Positions 53,841 through 64,000 of a stretch of DNA of 64,000 bases are shown here, in pieces. The stretch covers positions 88,848,001 through 88,912,000 of the forward strand of contig NC_045697.1 of assembly GCF_009834535.1 (NCBI RefSeq). The letters run 5' to 3'. This DNA is from Camelus ferus (lineage: Eukaryota). Position numbers and translations under genes: made by a program. The notes beneath the pieces were generated by a model. The model saw only the letters and a program-made list of their open reading frames with translations. It did not search any database and was not told the origin of the DNA. The stretch's first letter is position 1, and each line of letters starts with the position of its first letter.

Positions 53841-53990
53841 AGTAATAGCAAGTTTACTCAGGGAGATACACAATCCATAGACAGAGTGCGAGCCGTCTCC
53901 AAGGGCAAGAGAGAGAGAGGCCAGAGGGTTAGGAGATATACATTCTGTAGGCAGAATACAGTCTGTCTCACTCAGAAGGAAGAGTGGCTA
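53840..53990 (-). mobile_element. ERV LTR-derived fragment (MER41-like, artiodactyl type) with internal duplication
   Basis: agcaagtttactcagggagatacacaatccatagacagagtgcgagccgtctc resembles the recalled reverse-complement R region of MER41-type LTRs; second diverged copy at 53932-53969. Confidence 0.55.
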
Positions 53991-54614
53991 CCTTGACATT
54001 TTAGAAGCAGAATTAAACATATAGATCAAAATTATTTGACTAGTCTTTGGCATCCTGACAGGACATAATGTATGTATATCTCTATCTGTTCCTATCTCTA
54101 ATATCTATCTCTCTATCTACCCATCACCTACTTATTAGCTGATTGATGGTTGGTGCACCTTCAAAAGTGTATAAACTTATGCTGTTGATAAGTTGAAGGA
54201 GAGAAAGTTTCTCTTCTGTAATTTGCACACTGTACATTTTTAGAATATATATTACATTGGGTTGCTCTGTGGTGTTTATAAACACAATTTAAAGTGTAGT
54301 GAAATAGGTAAAACTAGGATAAAATTTTTTTTAAATTTTGTAGCTGTTTTGCAGAATGCTATTTTAAAAGAATTTTTAAAGAAAATATGTTTGAATATCA
54401 TATTTTAACAAGTTACCCATCATGTGTTTACTTACATATATTTTTGAGAATTGAATTGGTCTATGGTGATATAAAACAAATTTGAATAAGCTAAAGCAGA
54501 TCACGGCAAGCTTTGTCTTCTAATAAAATAATGTCCTTGAAGTATAAGTGAAGAAAAGGGACAGTAAGCATGCGTATGGCAAGAATCAAGGGATTTGACA
54601 GGACCTGATTTAGC

Positions 54615-54745
54615 TATAGGTTTTGGGAAGTCACCTAATCTTGCTGATCTTCAATTCCCCCATCTGTAAAAAGGGAATAATCATAGTTACTTACCTTTTA
54701 GGGTTGTTATAAAGAGAAATACAATGTTTGTAAGACACCTAGCAG
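54615..54745 (+). mobile_element. MIR SINE core
   Basis: ttgggaagtcacctaatc...tcaattccccatctgtaaaaagggaataatcatagttacttacc...agggttgttat. Confidence 0.75.
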
Positions 54746-55721
54746 CGTCCAACTTGCAACAAGTAGCAATGCTAATCAGCAGCATTAATAGGAGCGTTAG
54801 TAGTAACAGAGGTAGTGACAGTCATGCCATAGAATCTCTAAAAAGACAAGAAGCCTCAGTGGCACGAGGTCTTACCAGAGTTGTACTCTGAGCATCATGA
54901 ATAACAGCGCACGTTTCATGTGTGTTATGATTTCAGGATTTCTAGAAAACCCTTCTCACTCTTTCCCAATCCCTCCACCTCCCCAGAATTACTTCCTCTG
55001 CTGGAAATTCGACAATAAAGATGCTTTATTTGTCCTGTTTTAGTATAATATACTCAGTCACACAATAAATACTTCGAGTGAGTTTATGCTCAGTCCTAGA
55101 ATGAAGGAAGTGTGAATGCTTTGGGTAGCAGATAGGATACGAGGAAAGTGTTGCGAATCTGAGCGAGGCGCCATACGCTGATCTCAGCATCGATGCTGCT
55201 TATTTCATGCCTGGGCACAGAACCAGCCCTTTCCCATCACTTCTTTCTAGTTCGTTTCTTTATTTGTTTCATTTGATTTAAACATGCACTGCATCCTTTT
55301 CTAAATGTAGCAGTTGAAACTTTAAGGAATGCCCTTCTTTCATCATGAAATATGAATAACATTTATCAAGTGGCTATTTAAAACACTGCTTAAACCTCTT
55401 TGCATCACAGACATTATTATTCATTTAGTTGTTTATTTAGTTCCTCTCACAGATCTATTAAATGGATATTTTTATTATTCCCATGGAAAGACCAAACAAA
55501 TTGGGTCTTAAAGGGACTGGAGGTTAAATGACTTGCCTCCAAAATGGTGCAGAATGTGATCTGAGTTCTGACTATGAACTTTACTCCAGAGCCTCTGCTC
55601 TTTCCGATGCATGTCACACTTCACCACACTTCAATCTGGACTTGCTAGAGAGTATTGTCTTCTAAGAGTTTTCTATCCATTATTCTACTTAATCCTCACA
55701 GAAAGCCTATGAGAAAAGTAC

Positions 55722-56105
55722 TGGTCCAAGACCAGTCAGGGACTGAAATTGCTTGAGGTCTTTGAGGTAGGAGGGTATTTAATACAAACAAATAGCTTAC
55801 AAAATCTGCAAACTGGCTAAGGGAAAAGGACAGGAAAATTCACCAGTAACCTCAGCAATAAGGACATTGCAGATATTTCCAGAAACCCCTTGTCCACCTG
55901 CAGAGCTGCCGTGAGTGGTTCCCGGGAGAACAGTCCCTGCTTTGGTCTCACCTTTCAGCTGTCATTCACCTCTCACCCACAGGCAGAACCTACACCTCAG
56001 TCCTGCTGCAAAGGGATCTGGAAAGAGAAGAGTTTTCTGACTTCCAGGCCCTGCAATACACAAGGAAAGGAATGGCACTGAGTGTCAACAGAGACTATCT
56101 GACAT
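55722..56105. mobile_element. Old MaLR-type (MLT1-like) LTR remnant
   Basis: ccagtcagggactgaaa...gggtatttaatac and ctgcaaagggatctggaaagagaagagtttt resemble old MLT1 motifs; family uncertain. Confidence 0.4.
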
Positions 56106-56117
56106 AGAAAGATACTC

Positions 56118-56555
56118 TTTTTCTTTAAGTGAAGTGTAGTTGATTTACACTGTTGTGTTGGTTTCAGGTGTACAGTGAAGTGATTCAGTTATACGTACAT
56201 ACATACCTATTCTTTTTCAGATTCTATTCCATTATAGGTTATTAAAGATCTTGAGTAGGTCCTTGTTGGTTATCTATTTTGTATACAGTAGCGTATATAT
56301 ATTAATCCTGTACTACTCCTAATTCATCCCTCTCCTGCTTACTCTTTGATAACCATAATTTTGTTGTCTATACCTGTGAGTCTGTTTCTGTTTTATTAAT
56401 AAGTCCATTTATATCATTTTTTTAGATTCCACATATAAGTGATATCATAGGATTTTAGTCTTTCTCTAACTCACTTAGAATGATAATCACTAGGTCCATC
56501 CATGTTGCTGCAAATGGCATTATTTCATTCTTTCTTTATGGCTGAGTAATAGTCC

Positions 56556-56588
<33 letters not shown>

Positions 56589-57676
56589 ACCTCTTCTTTA
56601 TCCAGTCATCTGCTAACAGACATTTAGGTTGCTTCCATGTCTTGGCTATTATAAATAGTGCTGCTATGAACATTGAGGTGAATGTATCTTATCAAATTAT
56701 AGTTTTCTTAGGATATATGCCCAGGAGTGGGATGGCTGGATCATATATTAACTCTATTTTTAGATTTTTAAGAAACCTCCATATTGTTCTCCATAGCGAC
56801 TGCACCAATTTACAGTCCCACCAGCAGCGTAGGAGGCTTCCTTTTCCTCAACAGCCTCTCCAGCATTTATTATTTGTAGACTTTTTAAATGATGGCCATT
56901 CTGACTGGTGTGTGCGGATAATTCATTGTAGTTTTGACTTGCAATTCTCTAATAATTAGGGATGTTAAGCATCTTTTCATGTGCCTGTTGGCCATCTGGG
57001 TGTCTTCTTTGGAGAAATGTCGATTTAGGTCTTCTGCCCATTTTTTGATTGAGTTGTTTGTTTTTTGATATTAAGCTGTATGAACTGTTTGTAAATTTTG
57101 GAAATTAATCCCTTGTTGGTCTATCATTTGAAAATATTTTCTCCCATTGCGTAGGTTGTCTTTTTGTTTTGTTCATGGTTTCCTTTGCGGTGCAAAAGCT
57201 TTTAAGTTTAATTAGGTCCCATTTGATTATTTTTGTTTTTATTTCTATTAGGTCCCACTTGTTTATTTTGTTTTTATTTCCATTCCATTATTTGGTTCTA
57301 CAAAATACTGCTGCAATTTATGTCAAAGAGTGTTCTGCTTATGTTTTCCTCCAGTTTTATGCTGTCTGGTCTTACATTTAGGTCTTTGATCCATTTTGAG
57401 TTTATTTTTGTATATGGTGTTAGAGGATGTTCTAATTTCATTCTTTCATGTGTAGCTGTCCAGTTTTCCCAGCACCAGTTACTGAAGAAATTATCTTTTC
57501 TCCATTGGAGATTCTTGCCTCCTTTGTCATAGATTATGTGATCATATTGACTGAGTTTATTTCTGGGCTTTCTATCCTGTTCCATTGATCTATGTATCTA
57601 TTTTTGTTCCAGTATCATACTGTCTTTGATTACTGTAGCTTTGTAGGATAGTCTGAAGGCAGGGAGCCTGGTTCAT
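56118..57676 (-). mobile_element. 5'-truncated L1: degenerate ORF2 C-terminus plus 3'UTR
   Basis: Minus-strand ORF 57298..57585 reads [25 protein letters not shown]...[19 protein letters not shown] (L1 ORF2); L1 3'UTR motifs at 56120-56700; contains (TG)14 at 56558-56585. Confidence 0.95.
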
Positions 57677-58443
57677 CACCTCCTCAGAACTGACTGTAGT
57701 CTCTGTCTGCATAGTTGGACATACCCAATTGATCAGGAATGATGTAAACAAATATAAAATTGAATAATTCATACATATCTTACAGTTTTTAATTCATGTA
57801 GTTCTTTGTTTCCAATCTATACACATAGTCCACCCACTAAAGCTAGCAGATAATTAAAGTCTGATAGTTTCGTTTCTTTGTTTTGTTTTACAGAATACAG
57901 CATAACAAAAATCATAGTGAGAAATTATTAATTCATACACTAAATTAGGAATATATTGTTTAAATGTCTGTATATGTTTAATGTTCATTGGAAAGGTAAT
58001 CCCTGAAGGATCATTTTGAGTTATTGTTTTCCAGCTAATCTTTACCAGATAACCTGATTCAGGAAGTTGGAGTTAATGCACCAAAACATCTTAAGAAACC
58101 TATCTGAACTGATAGGCTCTAAGACCAAATTCACACTTAAGAACACGTGTGCCTCACAGAATAAATTTTTAAACATTCATTCTAGCTAGATTTTACTTCT
58201 GTTCACATTAAGTACTAGTTCTTTAGTGAAGCCTTCTTCAAAGCCTTCTTCTATATATTAAAAATTTTTTTGATCGTCAGAATTATTTCAAAGCACTTTA
58301 TTTTCATATGCTATTTCCTTTTGTGGACTTTCTCTACATTGTTTTCAATGCTTTTTAAAGTCTGTGGCATGACAAATGGGAGCAGTGAGATTTTTCTGAA
58401 CTTTTTGCTTAAGATCAATCTCAGCCAGTGTCCCCCTCTCTCC

Positions 58444-58483
<40 letters not shown>

Positions 58484-61400
58484 AAACTGAGTATTTCATG
58501 TGCATTTTGAAATTGTGCTAAAGATTAGAAGAGTAAGTGTTTATGAATTGATGCAAGTTGAGAGGCTTTATCCTAAGAATCCTTCACAAGAAATGATTAA
58601 GTATTAGCTGAACAGGGATTTTTTTTCTGGAGACCATCCTGTAAGGATCCAAGTATAAAAATGAAAATTATCTAATGACCACAATAAAAAATAAATGATA
58701 TGCATATTATCATACTGCCACCATATTCCTCATATTTTTTAACTATTTACTTTCAAGTTTGTGATGATAGACTCACATAATAAATATGTAATAAGAATAT
58801 TTTTATTTAATAACTGATTTAGAGTAAGCAAATTTGTTTGTATAACTTGTTTTTTGGATCAGTTTTTCTTAGTTCCTAGAAAAAGAACCAAAAAGAAATT
58901 GAAAAAAAATTAGGGAGACTTCATTTTCAGTTACAATAACTTCATGTTTCAGGGTTGAGAAAACATTCCTGTAATTTAATTTTCCATCACTAAATGGAGC
59001 GTTGATTAGCTATATATAGGGTACATTAGAATAGATGAATAAATTTTAAGACAGTCTAGAACATGTGAAAAATTAATTTCTAGATTTTCACAAAGCTTAA
59101 TAGTATAAAAACTACATCAACTGTCAATATGCCCCAGTAAATCAAAAGAAAGTATCTTTCATATCCTTTGTGCCTCAGAAGTTCAGGGAGTCCTGGAGGA
59201 AAACACTAGCCTAATAATTACAAATCTAGTATCTCTTTTCCTGTACAAATGAAAGTTTCTTGCATTTGACAGAATATTAATTAGAAAGCATAGTTACAGT
59301 CAGTAACCACCCAGCATTTGTCTTCCTGCCCCCAGCTTTTCTGTTCGCTGCGTATCCGGCATTGTGCCCTTCCGCAGAATGAATGGTGCTGTAAAGGGCA
59401 GCATGTATATGGAACTTATTTCTAAATCTGGGTCTCTCATGACTGAATTAGTTCAAAGTCCCTTTAACCTTTCCTATTCCCTTTCACACATCTGGATGCA
59501 TTTTAGGTGTGGTATTTGGAGTGAAGTCAGGGATTTATTCCCACATGGAGAAGTTTTCCTCTGCTCTCTAGTAAGTCCTGCTATTTCAGGGGAGGATGAG
59601 ATTTGTCCATTCATCACTTTTATGTCACTTGACAGTATAAATAGGAATTTTGTTTCCAGGCCTGTGAAGTTATTTACAGGTTGTGCATAGTAATTCCACC
59701 CAGAAACTTGGCAAACGTTTGCTTTCACGAAGATGGGAGTAGTGACTGAGAGTCATTCTTCTAAAATCACAGCAGTCATGTATTAACGTTGTCAGTGATC
59801 ATGTGACCAGGAAACCAAAGAATAAACAAACTTTAGTGACTAGATATGAAATAAAAATTTCTGTGAAATACAGAAGACTATTCAAGAGAGGATAAAGGGC
59901 TCAATTCTTGTTTTGATTTTATTTCCAAGATTGGATTAACACAGTTTACCTTACATGATACATTAACTTTTTAAAGCATGAATAGCAGGTGTCTAGCAGC
60001 TTAAACGCTTATTTCTGTAGCATGTATTTGTAAACTTATTGAGGATATAATGTGTGTCATTATACATAATCATTTGTAGTTTCACTGAGATTGTTCATGC
60101 TTTAAAATAGGAAGTAAAACAATTTTTTTCCTTATTAGTAGCATCCCTTATTCAGACATAATATTTACATAATATTTTTGCTTGATTTCCATTTAAAAAA
60201 CCACAATGCTATTCTATCAAGATATTTAGATGAGCTATCTTCATAGTGCCTTTCACAATAATAGAAACTATTTACAAATCAAGCAAAAAACATTACTTTC
60301 TGCTAAAATAATTTTAAAAAAGCTTATAAGCATCAATGTCCAGTTAAATAGCATACATATATTATGGAATTATATTTGTTAATGAAATAATCAATTTATA
60401 TATAAGGTGGACTTTGTTAGTTCCTCATAGACTTCCTTCTTCTCTGCGAGTAAATACAAGATACAAAAATAATACTTGTGGTAATCTAATACATATCTGA
60501 CTTCATTAAATTGAAGCCTATGTGAACTATAGGATATCCAAAATCATCATATCCCCATAGGGTGGCTAAATTTAACAGGTAAGAATAAATTTAGCTTGAC
60601 TCTACATAATCCAGCATTAAAATGTGCTATTGGAACAAGTGAAACTTGAATATCTATCTTTGTTGAAAAGACCATAGATGATCACATCAGACCCAATTTA
60701 TGTTCAACACTTCATCACACCTTCTGCCCCAGAACATGACGACACGTGCTAAATTTCTCCTGCAGGTTTAAACTGGAATCTTGGAAAGTCTGTAGATACT
60801 TTGTCCTCCTATTATGCATTCATTTTCCTCTTCAACAATTCCCATTCTCCATGTGCTAAGAGCTTACACTTCCTGAAGCACATCTCTGTCTATCTCTAAT
60901 AAATAATGCATACCAGCACAATTAATTGATGAATGTCAAAGCAATGAGATCAGTTTATTCTTCTAAACCTCTGCTCTGACAGTTAACATCACTTAATAGA
61001 AAAAGGCTCCTTGAGTTCAAGAGACATAAATGCCTTTCTTTGTGCAAGCCCTGTCAGCATACTTCCAAGCCTCAAGGCACTACAAATATTGTGAACTGAC
61101 TTGCAGCATTAATTAAGTTAATGATCCAAAATTTTGTTTCACGGTGCTCCAACACATCAGATGGTTTTTACCAGAAGCATGTTAGAGTGATTCAAACTGC
61201 TACATTCTCTGATAATCATCATGCCACTGATGCTCAAATTTCAGTAGATAGTTGTGCACAGAACAATACAGAATTTTTTGCTGACTTCTAATTGGGTAAT
61301 AGAGCATAAACTGTCCAAACCATAGAAATGTGCATTTAAAGGCTTTCTTTTGATTCTAACTAAAATTATGACCTCTTTCCCTCACACAAAAGAAAAAAGT

Positions 61401-64000
61401 TCTCTTAATAATAATTCAAATTGCAACATTGAGTTTTAAAACTGTCTTTGACTCTAGTATGGCAACCTCTTTAAAATTTACTAATTGTAAAATAAATATG
61501 TTACTCGTTAAATGGAGTACTCAAACTAAATTTTTGAATGGTGGACAATTTACATACTCTAACACCAGCAAATAAGACTATTTTATTCAAACTCAACAAT
61601 AAATTCATTTATATAACTCCTAGAAAAGTCATTTCTTATATTTTTGCCAAATAAGAAAATGAAACTCTGGCTTAAAGTAACATGTCAAATGAAGAGTTGA
61701 ATTTTTTTCTCCTACCAATATTTATATTGTTGTATACTCAAAGAATCAATCTCTATTGATAATTTATTTTAGCTTTTGAAAGAAATTCACTTTCAAACTA
61801 CTGTGTTCTCAGTTTGTAGCTGCTTCTATTTATAGTTGGTATATATTTTAATACATGAGTAAGTTTTATTAATTTTGGGGGTTTCTTTCCACCTCTTAAT
61901 TGGGACTACCTGAAATAGCCTATAGTATATATTTGAATTAAACTCAGATGTCTGTGTTAAAATCTTATTTGGTAAGAGGTAAATAAGATAGCTAATTTAT
62001 ATAAATTTGTTTTTAAAAATCTAAATTTCTTTTGTTGTTGTTCAAACCAAGATGTTAAGGTGGTCTTTCCCAACAGGATTCAAAAAAGTGTATAGTTGAG
62101 ACTGATGGGATCAATGATTTGGGTTTTTATACTCATAGATTTTTCTCGGAGAGTGCCTATGTCCAAATATTTAAGTGTACCTGACCACGCCCCCTAAATT
62201 GATTAGCCTTTGTTCCCCATTTACAGTTCAGGAGGTGAAGTTTGTGATTTTGTAACCCATGTACAGGTTTTCACAATATGAAGGTTATACTGACCGCACC
62301 TGCAAAGTATATTAATCTATGTACTTAATATATTCTACTTTTAACAAACTCTAAAAGAAATTTTCAAAAAAGAAAGGAAAGGAAGAAAATAAAACCTTAC
62401 TTAGTCCAGGAACACATGTGAAAATTATGAATAATCTTACAGTGGGGAAGAAAATGGAATGAATGGGCTGTGACTTTCCTGATAGCAAATAAATAATCAA
62501 TAGTACAGCCAATAGGTCTTATTTGATTCTCTACTGAATGATACTGATATTGTATTAAGAAAATAAAAATACACTTCTATAGAACAATCTGTCACAAATC
62601 CAGTTAGGAAATATCAGAGAAGCGAGTCCTCCTACGACACAGCATCTCTCTGGTGTGACGGCTTGTACAGGCTCAGAATAAATTTCTCCCTGCCTGTTTC
62701 TCCAGTGTGACACATTGCCACCATACTTAAAGCCGAATTCCTGTGCCTCTAAATTAGTAACTTGTTTATTTTCGTTATTTCCCCTTAGCATGGAAGGGTA
62801 TTCTGAATTTTTACTGTTTTGCCTTGAAAGTAGGTTCCCGGTTTTATTTATAAAAGAAAAAATGTGTTTATGACCCCATGATGTAGAAAATTGTGTTCAG
62901 TTAGCAATGTCATGAAAGCTGACTCACTTATGATTTCAAATCAGAACAACTGTGGCTACAAAATCAAGCCACAAAAGCATAACTAAATTAAACAAAAACT
63001 TTGATTGTGTTTTAAGCATAGTTATTATGATGAAATAGATTACCTATGCACAACAATGTCTAGTTGTGCATATAAAATGTCATGAGACATTTAATGAAGG
63101 CATTAGTGCTGTCATGCTGCGAAGTAGGAAATAGCTTTACAGAAATAAACTCTCCTTTTTGCCAATGAATGGAAATTAAGAACTTTAAAAAATTTCTCTA
63201 CTACTTAATTTCATAAGAAATAAAGAAATTTATTAAGAAATTAAGAAACATCTCATTTCTTCAAATTGGAAAACTAAAAACTACTCTAACAAATGTGTTA
63301 AATTATTACAATAATTTAAAGTTATAGAACAGTGGTATTAGAACAAATTTACATTTGCATGAAAAAAAAAACCATAGAATACCGCAGTAACAGAACACAG
63401 ATGGGACTGGCCTTATACCCTAAATTTTGCCTACTCAGTGATTATGACATAGCTGTCTGAATGAAGCCTGAATTATCAGAGCTGACCTACAATGATCTGT
63501 ACTATAATTTTATAATTTCTTAGGCAAGAGATTTCCCCCCAGGGCCCTCTTCTTCTCCATCTGTGAAATGTGAATATTTCCTGTTGCATGGATCAGTTTC
63601 CCCCACTAAAATGGAAACACTATGTTAAGATACTTGTCTGCTTTTTTGATGGTCACAACTTCATCTTCTAGCATTCCTGGCCCATAATAGGCATTCAGTC
63701 AATAATAATTGATTCAATTAACAAGATAATGTTTGAGAAGTCTTTAGACACTGAAAAATGTGCTGGTTAGTATTATTGTTTCAGAAAAAAAAAGCATGCA
63801 TAATCTGTAGTAAAGAATAAATCTTAGTAAGTATTTGAAAATGTGTATGATGTGCTTTTTATTTTTATATTCTGCTTTACAGCAGGTATATATATAAGTC
63901 AAGGAATATTTCTTGAGGGTGCAAGGATTGTAATTTGACAAGTAAGCTAAATGCAATTAATTCTTGCCTTTGAAAAGTCTGAGTCAAGGAAATCTCTACA

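Noticed and set aside
1..64000. A novel multi-gene system, CRISPR array, operon or other prokaryote-type features
   Set aside because: Everything coding is explained by spliced FAT4 exons and retroelement remnants; no repeat-spacer array or independent gene was seen.
53145..64000. Next FAT4 EGF exon
   Set aside because: I found no Cys-rich EGF-coding segment with splice sites by eye; it presumably lies beyond the window end.

Overview
Mammalian genomic DNA, AT-rich and CpG-depleted, lying entirely inside the FAT4 (FAT atypical cadherin 4) gene on the + strand. Eight internal coding exons with canonical GT-AG boundaries can be read (3524-3655, 10297-10558, 11906-12256, 18290-19212, 20008-20182, 37327-37507, 46533-46783, 48718-53067). 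They splice into one uninterrupted 6625-nt frame encoding the C-terminal half of the cadherin-repeat array and the first three EGF-like domains. The start, Laminin-G, transmembrane and cytoplasmic exons lie outside the window. Introns hold the usual placental repeats (MIR, L2, a probable L3/CR1, MER2B, MER58A, MER63-like, MLT1 LTRs, L1 3' ends, microsatellites). A tRNA-derived SINE resembling the camelid vic-1 family suggests a camel/alpaca/llama genome (inference). I found no evidence of a novel multi-gene system. The most noteworthy items are modest: a tandem 6-nt alternative acceptor, non-canonical Ca2+-binding linkers, an apparently polyadenylated and retroposed LTR fragment, an L1 insertion abutting a splice acceptor, a micro-L1 insertion with a TSD, and a few CpG-retaining candidate enhancers. 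Repeat family names come from recalled consensus sequences, and their boundaries are approximate unless TSDs are given.
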